Sequence record: NC_094493.1
Source: a phage
Strand: one strand, 5' to 3'
Length of the DNA: 64,000 nt
The number at the start of each line of letters is the position of its first letter. Position 1 is the stretch's first letter. Of this stretch, positions 47,551 through 57,382 are shown one piece after another. The notes under the pieces are model-generated. The model had not been told where the DNA came from. It did no database searches and saw only the letters and a list, made by a program, of their open reading frames with translations. The translations under genes and the position numbers were made by a program.

Positions 47551-48161
47551 TCTTCTTGGGCCTCTTTAGCATCAATATACTTGCACACAATCTCCGATGC
47601 ACACTCCCAAGGTGCACCTTCAGGGTTTACAACATCGAACTCAATCCCTTTTATTCCGTTCTTTTCCAGACTTAGATAGGTTCTGGAATCATTTCCCCAG
47701 TCATATCCGACACGGTGAATACGGAACAACAACAGATCTCCACCTGTGCTGTATGCGTACTCGCTAAGGCATGCCAGCTCCTCTTTGAATCCACCATCGG
47801 AGTAAACAACAACCCCTTTACCTTTAGGGAAATCTTTCTTCAAGGATGTGACTGCGGCCTTACCGAAAGCATCTTCACCAAAGATAGGTTTAATCAGATT
47901 TTCACTACAATGGATCATCCACTCTCGCGGAGAAACATGCTTACCGTCTATCATTAAGAAAGGGCAAGGCTCTTCTTTGTAGTGGCGGTCATAAAGTGCA
48001 TTCCAGAGTTGAGGAGTTACACCAGCTGCCTTAATTGCCACGCTGAAGAGCATCTCCTTAACCTCACGATGGTGTGAGTTAGGAATAGCTTCCAACAAGA
48101 GATCTGCAATGTGATCCTTACCACTACTAGGTGGGGCGTTAAGAACAATAATATCCATCAA
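47544..48161 (-). CDS. Deoxynucleoside monophosphate kinase
   Basis: P-loop LNAPPSSGKDHIADL resembles T4 gp1 (GVKRSGKDTTADF). Confidence 0.6.
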   Translation of the reverse strand: MMDIIVLNAPPSSGKDHIADLLLEAIPNSHHREVKEMLFSVAIKAAGVTPQLWNALYDRHYKEEPCPFLMIDGKHVSPREWMIHCSENLIKPIFGEDAFGKAAVTSLKKDFPKGKGVVVYSDGGFKEELACLSEYAYSTGGDLLLFRIHRVGYDWGNDSRTYLSLEKNGIKGIEFDVVNPEGAPWECASEIVCKYIDAKEAQEEC

Positions 48162-48361
48162 AAACCTCCGTGGTATTCTTCAACTGCATCAATAATACTT
48201 TTACACTTATCTACCAGCTCGTTAGCCACTACAGCATCGTCTTCCCAAACAGCCTCTTCAATCTGATCAAGCAATGATCGCATCTTATCCATCATTTCTG
48301 GGATAAAGTTTTCTGAAAAGCTGTCTGGAACTGTTAACCTTAGTGTCATTGCGGTCTCCAA
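48158..48361 (-). CDS. hypothetical acidic protein
   Basis: ORF, coupled. Confidence 0.45.
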   Translation of the reverse strand: METAMTLRLTVPDSFSENFIPEMMDKMRSLLDQIEEAVWEDDAVVANELVDKCKSIIDAVEEYHGGF

Positions 48362-48376
48362 TCATACTATGCGTTA

Positions 48377-48835
48377 TTAGAAGTTTGTTTTTACACGTCC
48401 CTTTTCATCTACCTCATTGTTAGCTAAAAGCGTTACAAAGTCTGTGAAACGGACATGAAGAACTCTTTTCTTGTCAAGGTATCCTAAAGCCACCCCTGAA
48501 AAATTTAGCATCAAGGGGGCTAAAGAAGCTCTAGCACTGAAATGCTGTTGTTCTACTCTTCCTACACCCTTAGTGTAGGATGGGTTAAGATTGTAAGTTC
48601 TGAATCCCAGTTTTGTTGGAGCTTTAGAATTAAAAACAACTTTATAGCGTTTCTTACTCAACTTATGCTCCAGGATAAGAATTCCCTTATCACCCTTGAT
48701 AAGTTGAAAATCTGTAAAGTGCTCTTTTAAGACGAAAGGTAGTGCCAGTCCCATCGCCTGCCCTCTTTGTACCGCTGTCTCACCAAAAGCTTTCGCATCA
48801 GTGAGTTCTTTGGTCAAGTCTATGCTTTTGATCAT
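48377..48835 (-). CDS. hypothetical protein
   Basis: ORF with RBS ggagacc; overlaps the 3' end of the upstream methyltransferase ORF. Confidence 0.45.
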   Translation of the reverse strand: MIKSIDLTKELTDAKAFGETAVQRGQAMGLALPFVLKEHFTDFQLIKGDKGILILEHKLSKKRYKVVFNSKAPTKLGFRTYNLNPSYTKGVGRVEQQHFSARASLAPLMLNFSGVALGYLDKKRVLHVRFTDFVTLLANNEVDEKGRVKTNF

Positions 48836-49646
48836 ACCTGGTCTCCAAAATGTATTGTAGTTCTTTCTTGCCTATACTCTTCATTCCAGCAGTCTTACCT
48901 GCTTCTTCTTGAAAAGAAGAATAGCATTCAGCAAACACTCTGTCAACACCGTCAACTAAAGATTTTATGAAATATGTCGATTCTTCAGATTTTGGGTCAT
49001 CATCTCCCAATACTTTTCCAGCATTATACCCAACACGTCTTACACAGAAGTCGTAGTCATCTGGAGTGCTAAAAGAAAATAACTTATTCTCTCCAATCTC
49101 TACAGGATCCCTATTACACGCCTTTTTCTCCCAAATTTGGAAAACACACGGCACGTCATAAGGTTTGCCATTAAGTAAAAACGAATTCTTAGGGCACCTT
49201 TCGCTGTAGACAAGGTGCATCGACATGTCCAGTTTGTTTGCAAAAAATATTTTTTCAAATGTCCGTGGCAAGATGAAGGCTATAGCCCCTCCAAGCTCTA
49301 GCAATGATGCACAATGGTTGAAGAATTTGCAAGCTAAAGATGAATTCTTGCCAAATGGTGGGTTACCTATGAAGACATCTGCCTTGGGATGCACCTCCAA
49401 GAAGTTTGCCTGAATGCACGGTGTTGGTCCTTCAAATTCAGGATCTGGTACTAAATCGTACGACAGTATCTCTGAAAATAGTTTTGAAAAAGAACCCCTT
49501 CCAGCAGAAGGCTCAACGTATGCACAATTCCCATACTTATCTTTTACTTTACCAACAAGATATTCTGCATACTCAGGGTTTGTGTAATATTTGTCGTTGG
49601 ACTCTTTCTTACTCAAAGTGCCTCCAAAAGGAAAAGGGAGGCGCAA
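48798..49646 (-). CDS. DNA N6-adenine methyltransferase (NPPF motif)
   Basis: FIGNPPFG motif IV; 282 aa. Confidence 0.55.
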   Translation of the reverse strand: MRLPFPFGGTLSKKESNDKYYTNPEYAEYLVGKVKDKYGNCAYVEPSAGRGSFSKLFSEILSYDLVPDPEFEGPTPCIQANFLEVHPKADVFIGNPPFGKNSSLACKFFNHCASLLELGGAIAFILPRTFEKIFFANKLDMSMHLVYSERCPKNSFLLNGKPYDVPCVFQIWEKKACNRDPVEIGENKLFSFSTPDDYDFCVRRVGYNAGKVLGDDDPKSEESTYFIKSLVDGVDRVFAECYSSFQEEAGKTAGMKSIGKKELQYILETRYDQKHRLDQRTH

Positions 49647-49658
49647 GCCTCCCTCTAC
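49626..49658 (-). terminator. Putative intrinsic terminator
   Basis: - strand hairpin gggaggcttgcgcctccc followed by TTTTCC. Confidence 0.5.
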
Positions 49659-49661
49659 TTG

Positions 49662-50645
49662 TTAGATTATCTGAATCAGGGTGTTTTTCATCTCTTCTCT
49701 GGTACGGATGTTGTTACGATCACGAACAACAGATCCACAACCTTCGCAGCGGTATGTTTTAAATGCACTCAGCTGAGTATACGCCAAAGCTTCTTCCTCG
49801 TGAAGGTGTTCTCCACCACAGCGTGGGCAACGAACCTTTGGCTCCTCGTCCTGGTAGTACAATGACATGTTTGGGTGCTGCTTAGCAAACGGGCGAGCCA
49901 GCAAATACAAGCCTTCCAGAGACAGGATATCACCAACATTATACTCCCGCATCTGTTTAAATGCCTCAAGATCGCCATGGACACACTTGATCCACATTTC
50001 AAATGTGTGGTCAATCAGTTTCTGTCGGGCCAGTTGGAAGTATTTGCATGCATACTCTAAAGTGTTTGCATTCAAACGGAATGCCTTCTTGATCATTTTA
50101 AGGGTGTCAACCTCTTTGTAGGGGCTTGTTGGAGGCAACCCGTGAAATGCAAATCGTTGGTTGGCCCACCCGCAGTCAAAACCTGAATTGTGGGCTACTG
50201 CGACATCGCATTTATCCAGATAATACCACAAATCCTGAATCAATTCGAGATCATTGTGAATATCCTCATCCCACATTTTGTAATCTGGAAGAGCGCAGTC
50301 AACCACACTAGGGCTGTCTAACCACTTACCTGCGAAAGTTAGCATATAGGGCATAACTTCAATACCACAGGTTTGAATGTTGGTCTTATAGTGCCCAAAG
50401 AACCAGCCGTTTGTTGGGGATGTCTCTGTATCATACACCCAAACTTTAGCACCTTTGTGCTCTTCAAGGAAGCGCTCCGTTGCTTCTCCTACAATCTCCG
50501 ACATATTCTCTTGTGCACGTTTAAGCTGTAGTCGGATCCAGCTCTCACGTGACTCACGGCCTAAAAATTCACGAGCAATTTGTCTATTAGTGTATCCTTG
50601 TTGCTTTAGTGTTAAAATTTGCTCAAGAGTTAACTTTGTCATCAT
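49662..50645 (-). CDS. DnaQ-like 3'-5' exonuclease with C-terminal zinc ribbon
   Basis: VYDTETS (Exo I-like) and HNSGFD (Exo II-like) motifs; C-terminal CPRCGG...CEGCGS. Confidence 0.5.
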   Translation of the reverse strand: MMTKLTLEQILTLKQQGYTNRQIAREFLGRESRESWIRLQLKRAQENMSEIVGEATERFLEEHKGAKVWVYDTETSPTNGWFFGHYKTNIQTCGIEVMPYMLTFAGKWLDSPSVVDCALPDYKMWDEDIHNDLELIQDLWYYLDKCDVAVAHNSGFDCGWANQRFAFHGLPPTSPYKEVDTLKMIKKAFRLNANTLEYACKYFQLARQKLIDHTFEMWIKCVHGDLEAFKQMREYNVGDILSLEGLYLLARPFAKQHPNMSLYYQDEEPKVRCPRCGGEHLHEEEALAYTQLSAFKTYRCEGCGSVVRDRNNIRTREEMKNTLIQII

Positions 50646-50657
50646 CGTTAAGATTCC

Positions 50658-50879
50658 TTAGTAAAACTGAAGAATGTCTTTTAAAGCGAAGTCACGATAT
50701 TCGCCCTTGTCTACATCGAAGGCACGCATCAACCACTGCTCTTCTTTATGATACTCTGTAGAGCCAAACCATAAATTAGGCTCAGTAACGCAGCGATCTG
50801 CAACAACACCTTTCCAGTTACGGTATTTCATCCTGATCAGGACTGAGTCGCAAGGATTGAATACCTTTTTCATCCCCAT
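50658..50879 (-). CDS. hypothetical protein
   Basis: ORF with RBS gaggagag; overlaps the 3' end of the upstream ORF. Confidence 0.4.
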   Translation of the reverse strand: MGMKKVFNPCDSVLIRMKYRNWKGVVADRCVTEPNLWFGSTEYHKEEQWLMRAFDVDKGEYRDFALKDILQFY

Positions 50880-51423
50880 AGAAATCTCTCTCCTCAGTTT
50901 TCTTTATAAACTCCTGCATGTAGAGCTCAATAGCCTCATGCTTGGTGCACTCTGGATTAATGACAAGATTGAGATCTGATTCTGCTCGTGCAATAATCGT
51001 AGCTTTAGAGCATCTCCTCAAGAACTTTGTCATATCATCTCTGTAGTTTTTGTGGAGCGGGAAGTCGCTGTAGTCTTTCTCCAAATAGTCAGCCATCCGG
51101 CGCAACGCCTCTGATAAACTGCAATCTGTATACTCGTTACAGTATTTCATCCAGTATTTAAGCACATACCCCTCAAAGGTATTAGTGCATTGAGACAAAA
51201 CACCCCTGCAACGACCAGTCAGATGATCATGATCTAAACAAGGCTTACGAAGTGGCTCGCACAAGATCGGATCAAGACCATCCTGCTCCTCTGACAATTC
51301 TTTTCGAAAGTTGGCTATGTCCTTAGAATCTTTTAACCACCCGTTATGAACTGGGGCTTTGACAGCTTTCTTTCTTATTTTACGCTTTGCGATAATCCCT
51401 CCAGATGAGCCCTGCCTATCCAA
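50818..51423 (-). CDS. Endonuclease VII-like / HNH-type nuclease
   Basis: CEPLRKPCLDHDHLTGRCRGVLSQCTN resembles the T4 Endo VII zinc/His-Me finger core; start uncertain (overlaps neighbours). Confidence 0.45.
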   Translation of the reverse strand: MDRQGSSGGIIAKRKIRKKAVKAPVHNGWLKDSKDIANFRKELSEEQDGLDPILCEPLRKPCLDHDHLTGRCRGVLSQCTNTFEGYVLKYWMKYCNEYTDCSLSEALRRMADYLEKDYSDFPLHKNYRDDMTKFLRRCSKATIIARAESDLNLVINPECTKHEAIELYMQEFIKKTEERDFYGDEKGIQSLRLSPDQDEIP

Positions 51424-52004
51424 TAAGCATCTGCGAGATCGGCCTTACCTTGTACCAAATTGATCCCGTCTAGGAACCCAGGTTCAGATACTTCGCAGGC
51501 CTTAACCATCAACTTTTTATCCATTGTAACAGGTTTCTTCACAGTATGCTCTTTACCTGTCTTTTTGTCAAGCTTTTTCTTCTCCTCAAAAGCAAGTTCT
51601 TCAGGAAGATGACTACGAGCAAACTTTTTGGCAGTTGTTGGTGTCACTGTGTGGACCTTAAACAGGCCGTCATTTTCACAATCAGCTAAGGCATCCCAAA
51701 GCATAATTTCAAGACCGTAAAACAACCCAGCCAGTTCACGTGTGGCATCCCCGCGTGATCCAAAGGAAAGCCCTTCCATAACCACGGTGTCAACGTGATG
51801 CGTGTGGATATAATATCTGACCTGTTTGCAGATCCAGTCAATACGCTCAGCAGCTGTTGCAAAAGAAACCGTCCCTGGTTTCTTCTCTTTTGCAGATGAG
51901 CTTTGAGTTCGTAACACAACCTTATGAACAGGCTTTCCATCGTCCCATACAACGCAAGCTGTGTGTGTCAACGACTGGTCTATGGATAATAGACGCTCTC
52001 TCAT
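51375..52004 (-). CDS. RuvC-like Holliday junction resolvase (putative)
   Basis: N-terminal LSIDQSLTHTACVVWD and C-terminal DLADAYWIGRAHL resemble RuvC-fold catalytic blocks. Confidence 0.4.
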   Translation of the reverse strand: MRERLLSIDQSLTHTACVVWDDGKPVHKVVLRTQSSSAKEKKPGTVSFATAAERIDWICKQVRYYIHTHHVDTVVMEGLSFGSRGDATRELAGLFYGLEIMLWDALADCENDGLFKVHTVTPTTAKKFARSHLPEELAFEEKKKLDKKTGKEHTVKKPVTMDKKLMVKACEVSEPGFLDGINLVQGKADLADAYWIGRAHLEGLSQSVK

Positions 52005-52336
52005 GCTTCCTCATCCTCCTCTCCTTCATCAGGAGCATAAGCCTTATCTTTGAACAAGACGAGAGAGCAAAGCTTAACATCTGTTTCCACACTGGTGAAC
52101 ATGCATAACCGCTCGCCCTCAATCAACTCACAATCCTCTTTTAAAACAGCAGACCATACACGGTCATCTGCGTAATCATCTGTGTACAGGATGTATGAAA
52201 TAGTGTCATCTTCATACAACCGCCACATACCTGTGGCAACAATAAATGTATTTTTTGTTTTAATGGTCCCTGTTGTATGATCATCCTCAAAAACAGCTTC
52301 CATAATTGCATTATCTACAGAATTTTTAGTCATCAA
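52001..52336 (-). CDS. hypothetical acidic protein
   Basis: ORF, coupled. Confidence 0.45.
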   Translation of the reverse strand: MMTKNSVDNAIMEAVFEDDHTTGTIKTKNTFIVATGMWRLYEDDTISYILYTDDYADDRVWSAVLKEDCELIEGERLCMFTSVETDVKLCSLVLFKDKAYAPDEGEEDEEA

Positions 52337-53472
52337 ATTGCTCCAACATTTCTAAGAACGTTAACAAGTTTTGTTCGATCATTGAATGTTCGCTTCATAT
52401 ACAAACAGTCAAAAATTATACTCATCCACTGACCTACGGAAATTCTACGATCAATACCATTGAAGTCAGTATACTTAACAACACCTTTCGGGAACCACTT
52501 CTTGTACTGATCAATAATAGCCGCCCACATCTCCTTTGGAGTGCTGCACTGAGACAGTAGGTAGAATGCTGAGGCATCCCCGAACTTACCCTTACCGATA
52601 AGTCCTTGATACGGCTTGATGTTGTCAGCAGAGTCACCACACAGCATTTGGTATCCGAAGAACAGCATTCCGTAACCACCAACCTCTCCATTAGGCTTCA
52701 TGAAGATGTTACCCATACCGTTATCGATCAGCATAGGGGTTTCCCTTACAAAATCTCCCTTATCATTTCGCATGGGATCGAACACAAGCCCCGGTAGTGT
52801 TCTTTGGTCCTTATCAATAGAGATAATAAACTTGTTGAACTTACCTGTTTTTTGGTAGTGGTTCCAACCTTCAAATTGCTGGATAGCTAACCAGTCGTCA
52901 GCCTCGATACCGTTGATCACTTGAGCATTATACTGCTTTTGGAGATACTGTCTTGCATCTCCAAGCAGCAGTGGTCGAAGAGTATTGTTACGGTTGGCTT
53001 TATATCTTTCCGGCATTGGGAGATCTAGTCTGAAGTTACCTGTGCCTCCCAGCACCCCAACGCACCGATCTTCCGGAATACCGAGATAATTAAGGACTGC
53101 ATTAGCTTTACACTTAATTGTGTGCAAGCAGTTCTCTACAGGATCTGGGGTTTGGATATCCAAGACATCGAAATCTTCTCGTGTCCACGGAATAAACTCC
53201 TTGCCAGCCTTTTTACATGCAGCTTCACGGTTGGTATTCTCAGCTTTTAACCAACCACCAACGGTGTTCTTCTGCCGCCCCCAGAACTCTGTTCGTGTTT
53301 TAAACATCTTCTTACGTCCGGAGGCTTTGTGTGTTACCTCAATTGTCCTTTTTTCACAACTTGCTGCAGCTTGATATGCAACCTGATCGAAGTCATAATA
53401 AACTATAGCGTCAGGTTCAAGAAGATCAGCCAGACAATCTATGGACTCAATAAGCGGATATTCTCTACTCAA
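52333..53472 (-). CDS. 5'-3' exonuclease / flap endonuclease
   Basis: CGDSADNIKPYQGLIGKGKFGDA matches the helix-hairpin-helix region of T5 D15/FEN family (GDxxDNIxG). Confidence 0.6.
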   Translation of the reverse strand: MSREYPLIESIDCLADLLEPDAIVYYDFDQVAYQAAASCEKRTIEVTHKASGRKKMFKTRTEFWGRQKNTVGGWLKAENTNREAACKKAGKEFIPWTREDFDVLDIQTPDPVENCLHTIKCKANAVLNYLGIPEDRCVGVLGGTGNFRLDLPMPERYKANRNNTLRPLLLGDARQYLQKQYNAQVINGIEADDWLAIQQFEGWNHYQKTGKFNKFIISIDKDQRTLPGLVFDPMRNDKGDFVRETPMLIDNGMGNIFMKPNGEVGGYGMLFFGYQMLCGDSADNIKPYQGLIGKGKFGDASAFYLLSQCSTPKEMWAAIIDQYKKWFPKGVVKYTDFNGIDRRISVGQWMSIIFDCLYMKRTFNDRTKLVNVLRNVGAI

Positions 53473-53773
53473 AGACCCTCCTGTTAGTTATTCTGCAAGA
53501 TGGTTGGATGCTGTAATGGAATGCATCATCACTCTCTGCAATAAGTGACTCAACATCCCAATACTTTTCAAAAAGGAACGGATTAGACCCCCAGTGGTGG
53601 GTTATTTTCATCAAGGAGTCTGGTATCATATAACCACAGATCTTAATTACATCGCCAGGTTGAATTGTGTTTTCATGAAGGTTGCTTGCCTTCTTCAGAA
53701 TCATACCTTTATGATTCTCGTTTGCATACAACTGGACAATATCTTTATCTTCAATAATAAAAATTTTAAGCAT
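53465..53773 (-). CDS. hypothetical protein
   Basis: ORF, coupled. Confidence 0.45.
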   Translation of the reverse strand: MLKIFIIEDKDIVQLYANENHKGMILKKASNLHENTIQPGDVIKICGYMIPDSLMKITHHWGSNPFLFEKYWDVESLIAESDDAFHYSIQPSCRITNRRVFE

Positions 53774-53832
53774 ATCTAGTTCTCCTAGTTTATAGATATC
53801 TGACCGATAATATCAGATTAATAACACTTTTG

Positions 53833-54126
53833 TCAAGACTTTTTAGTCTTTCTTGGAGAGCTTTTTGTTGATCTTTTCCTTTTGTGGTAGATTCCAAGTG
53901 CAGCGTTTTCTTGGGCGCACGTTTTAACAGTTCTCAGACAAGAACTTTCAGCTTTAGGCAGGTTTAACTCCCACCAACCAAGCCAGTAAAGTTCTGATTC
54001 AGACAACTGCTCAGATTCAGCCTTCCGATACAAGGCTTGCATACCTCTGATGATATCGTCCAGAGGTGTATCGAATACAAAAGCTGTCTTATCGAATTTC
54101 TCTTTTACAGGTTTCTTAGCCATCAA
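53833..54126 (-). CDS. hypothetical protein
   Basis: ORF with basic C-terminus. Confidence 0.45.
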   Translation of the reverse strand: MMAKKPVKEKFDKTAFVFDTPLDDIIRGMQALYRKAESEQLSESELYWLGWWELNLPKAESSCLRTVKTCAQENAALGIYHKRKRSTKSSPRKTKKS

Positions 54127-54580
54127 GGTAACCCTCTATCCACGAAAAGTCAGTCTTCCATTCTGGAACTTTACTAAGCTCACGCCACTCTGCAAAGCAG
54201 TCTCGGTAATAGGCCTCTGCCATACCCTTGGTGATCTTATTCACCTTAGCTAACTGACTAACTGCCTGAGCATACTTTCCACGGATATTTGCTAACCCAG
54301 GATGCACCGATGTGTGACAATCTGGGCACAACGCTATCAGTCCGACAAGCCGGATCACTCCCTCTTCGAAAGTGTAAAGTTCATGACACTCCACTGGGTG
54401 TTTGCTGCCTTTACCGCCGCACACCTCACAGGTGTAGTTGGCTTCTCTATAGCACTTCTTGCGGATCTTATCCCACTCACTCTTCTTCACAGCGTTTCGG
54501 AGGTTATTATACCAAGCTGTTTCTGGGATCAGTTGCACAATAAGCCTGCGTTCAGACTTCATTAAACGTCCGTCTTCCAC
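54116..54580 (-). CDS. HNH endonuclease
   Basis: CEVCGG...HPVECHEL...CPDCH HNH/zinc motifs. Confidence 0.6.
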   Translation of the reverse strand: MEDGRLMKSERRLIVQLIPETAWYNNLRNAVKKSEWDKIRKKCYREANYTCEVCGGKGSKHPVECHELYTFEEGVIRLVGLIALCPDCHTSVHPGLANIRGKYAQAVSQLAKVNKITKGMAEAYYRDCFAEWRELSKVPEWKTDFSWIEGYLDG

Positions 54581-54589
54581 GTATTCTCC

Positions 54590-54796
54590 TCACTCAAAGA
54601 AATGGGTGCGAGGACAAGATCCAGCCTCGCCTTGTTTCACAAGCTCGTAGAGCTCACCTTGACTTGTCTCATAAAGGCAAATACGTTTACCATTGTCCCG
54701 ATATACATCGACAAGATACGCTGTTTCACCTGCAAACACGACACCACAGGCCAGACATGCTGCCATGAACAAAATTGCCAACAGAAAGTCTTTCAT
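54590..54796 (-). CDS. putative lipoprotein
   Basis: Signal peptide with lipobox-like LAC/AAC (MKDFLLAILFMAACLACG); 68 aa; beside the lysozyme gene. Confidence 0.5.
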   Translation of the reverse strand: MKDFLLAILFMAACLACGVVFAGETAYLVDVYRDNGKRICLYETSQGELYELVKQGEAGSCPRTHFFE

Positions 54797-54859
54797 GGTT
54801 AAACCCTCCTAAACATTTTATGAGGTAACAATACCACGTCCGTGTGGTTATGTCAATGA

Positions 54860-55330
54860 TCAATCAAGGACAACACCGCCTGCCTTTTTAAACACCTCGA
54901 TCAACTTCTCAATCTTCTGTTCATGCTGACCATATCCAGCACCAGGCAACGAAGCCCAGCGGGAACGGCATTTATGGATAGCCTCGTGGATACGCCCTTC
55001 GTCAATGTCGGCGAGAGCCTTGCACTCACGGATCAGTTGCAACGCAATCTTGTCCTGACTGGCAGGGCCAAAATCTGGCAATCCTAACTGTTCCATGTAG
55101 TGTTTAGCAAACTTCTCCAAAACCTGGTAACGCCCAGCAGCGGAGGAGGTAAGTTTAGCATTTAGCTTAACGTAAACACCGGGATGCTTGCTGTAATCGC
55201 TGAACAGCTTGCCTCCGACTATGACATCGTATCCCCGATCCTTGGTAGGTTGTCTACCATTATCTGTGCCTTCCGAATATGCGATCATATCCAAGAAAGC
55301 CTTTCGTTGAACATTTTTATCAAGTTTCAT
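54860..55330 (-). CDS. Endolysin, lambda R-type lytic transglycosylase
   Basis: Near-colinear by-eye match to lambda R (QRKAFLDMIAYSEGTDNGRQ...GYDVIVGG...AGRYQ...WASLPGAGYGQ). Confidence 0.8.
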   Translation of the reverse strand: MKLDKNVQRKAFLDMIAYSEGTDNGRQPTKDRGYDVIVGGKLFSDYSKHPGVYVKLNAKLTSSAAGRYQVLEKFAKHYMEQLGLPDFGPASQDKIALQLIRECKALADIDEGRIHEAIHKCRSRWASLPGAGYGQHEQKIEKLIEVFKKAGGVVLD

Positions 55331-55472
55331 TTTTCATACTCTCCAGTTCACTCATAACGAGCCCCGATCAGCACCACTGTGTGGTGTGGCTAGGTTGCAC
55401 AGTTCATACATCAGGGCATATGTAGGTGCAAATTGAAAACACTTATTCAATTGGCTACTAAACATACCTAAA

Positions 55473-56756
55473 TTATTCCAGCACCTCCCAAGTGTCTGGG
55501 TTAACATTTCGGACGCAGATACCGACAGGGAATTGGTAGTTGTTGTCTTCTGTCCTTGCTTGATATTTGAAGGTGACAAACTTGCCGATCATTTCCTGCA
55601 TTCTGTCATAGCTACGCTCCTCGTGCGTACCTTTCATCTTCATTTTAACAACAATACCTTCCTTGTCAACACAGATAAGAACACCTTCATCATTCTTATC
55701 TTTCTCAACGTCAATAACTTTCACCTCTGCGTCGTTGAACTTTTTCCATTTCAATGCTTCAGATGTTCTCTGACCGTACTCATATTTACCACAGAAGTTA
55801 CGCATAATGGTACCTTCATATCCTTCGGACATGAATATACCAACAGATTCTTCGCAATGATCAACTGTGTACGCAAGCTCTGCGTCAACAACCTTGATAT
55901 GGTCAAGCATCAGAGTGGTAACGGTATCCTCTGCATCCATAAGATCCTTGCAGCGTCCAGACTCTGTTTCGGGATCCCACCACACCTTGTCGCTAGGAAT
56001 ATCAAAAATGTGATACTCCAGATCGTAGCTACAGTACCCACCGTAACGCAAATCATCACGAACAGGCTCAACATCGACAGGAATATCTACCTTGTTGAAG
56101 TTTTTATATGTTGATAAGCCGGACTTAATTGCGGCATGACGGCGTTTTTTATCTGCCTCATAGTCTTTATCGATCTCGGCCTGAATCTCTTCCTGTGTGC
56201 GCCACCGTTTAGCAAGAGACACTATTTTCTGCAAAGGAAGACCATGAATGTATAGTTCCCCATCAAGTTGTTTAATCCCAGTGGTAGAATGGAAAGAACG
56301 AAGTTGCTCTAAAAGCTTTCCTTGAATAGGGTAGGACTTATTACCACGGGAAATAAATTTAGGCTCACCATTTTGGAAAACAACAAGCAGACGAAGGCCA
56401 TCTAACTTACGCAAGATCCAGCAAGGTAGTTTAAGTGCCTTGCCACGCTTCAGGTAGTCATGCACCAGCATGGGTAAAAGATCAACACCCTGCTCGCAAT
56501 CTTCCATGTTTTCAACATACCCCAGACGGACTTGTTTTTCCCACTTGCTGATAGCCTCAAGCTCGGCCTGTTGCTCAGCTGTAGTCTCATTGGCACGACC
56601 TACGTTCTTAGGTGTGCATACCGTCTCTTTGTACTGCAATTTACCGTCAAGCTTGCCAAACTCTACGATAACCTTTTCGCCATCAGTGAATACTTTCCAC
56701 TGTTGGTAGCTGCCATCTTTGTTCAGTGCGTACAGTGTTGTTTTGATTTGATGCAT
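55473..56756 (-). CDS. ATP-dependent DNA ligase
   Basis: Nucleotidyltransferase motif I KLDG (ILRKLDGLRLLV); 427 aa. Confidence 0.6.
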   Translation of the reverse strand: MHQIKTTLYALNKDGSYQQWKVFTDGEKVIVEFGKLDGKLQYKETVCTPKNVGRANETTAEQQAELEAISKWEKQVRLGYVENMEDCEQGVDLLPMLVHDYLKRGKALKLPCWILRKLDGLRLLVVFQNGEPKFISRGNKSYPIQGKLLEQLRSFHSTTGIKQLDGELYIHGLPLQKIVSLAKRWRTQEEIQAEIDKDYEADKKRRHAAIKSGLSTYKNFNKVDIPVDVEPVRDDLRYGGYCSYDLEYHIFDIPSDKVWWDPETESGRCKDLMDAEDTVTTLMLDHIKVVDAELAYTVDHCEESVGIFMSEGYEGTIMRNFCGKYEYGQRTSEALKWKKFNDAEVKVIDVEKDKNDEGVLICVDKEGIVVKMKMKGTHEERSYDRMQEMIGKFVTFKYQARTEDNNYQFPVGICVRNVNPDTWEVLE

Positions 56757-57025
56757 TACTCGGCCTCTTCCTTAAAAATTTTAAACATCTCTTCTTTACT
56801 CATTACCAACCAGTCTCCCATAAAGTCAACTAGCCAATCTCCCTGGTACAAGACAAGGTTACCAAAAGGCTCGACAAGCTCACACATGCGACGAAGATCT
56901 CTGGTCCGAACAGGTGACGATGTAAACACACCTGTATCAATCCACCGTTGCAGATCAGATACTGATGAAGAGCTTCCGTCAAACTGGTGGGCTTCTACAG
57001 GTTTAGCAAGATTAAATAACGGCAT
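56756..57025 (-). CDS. hypothetical protein
   Basis: ORF, coupled. Confidence 0.45.
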   Translation of the reverse strand: MPLFNLAKPVEAHQFDGSSSSVSDLQRWIDTGVFTSSPVRTRDLRRMCELVEPFGNLVLYQGDWLVDFMGDWLVMSKEEMFKIFKEEAE

Positions 57026-57320
57026 TGCAGTCCTCCTTCTGTAGTAGGTCTTTTATAGGATAAACAAGTAAGTGTGGATCGGAATAACGTATAGTCTTAT
57101 TCTGCCACACTATGAACTTTATTACAACCAAATTTACAATATCTTTATCACCATGTAGCCCAACACACACATTTGTCCATATTTTGTGGTTGAAGATCTT
57201 GCTATCGATGTAGATTTTAGTGTCAAACTTATCTTCCATTCTACCTATAAGTTTGATCAGCTCCTTCATCTGGTCGCCAAACACAGCATCTTTTTCAAGA
57301 TCTCTGGAATGCTTGTACAT
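57012..57320 (-). CDS. hypothetical protein
   Basis: ORF. Confidence 0.45.
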   Translation of the reverse strand: MYKHSRDLEKDAVFGDQMKELIKLIGRMEDKFDTKIYIDSKIFNHKIWTNVCVGLHGDKDIVNLVVIKFIVWQNKTIRYSDPHLLVYPIKDLLQKEDCNAVI

Positions 57321-57382
57321 AACTAACTACCTCGCTGCATACTTTCCATAATAAGTAAAGCCGGGATTACCCGGCTATGTTG

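Noticed and set aside
55352-55579. 75 aa ORF between ligase and lysozyme as a possible holin
   Set aside because: It overlaps the 3' end of the ligase gene in another frame and has no transmembrane segment; not a credible holin.
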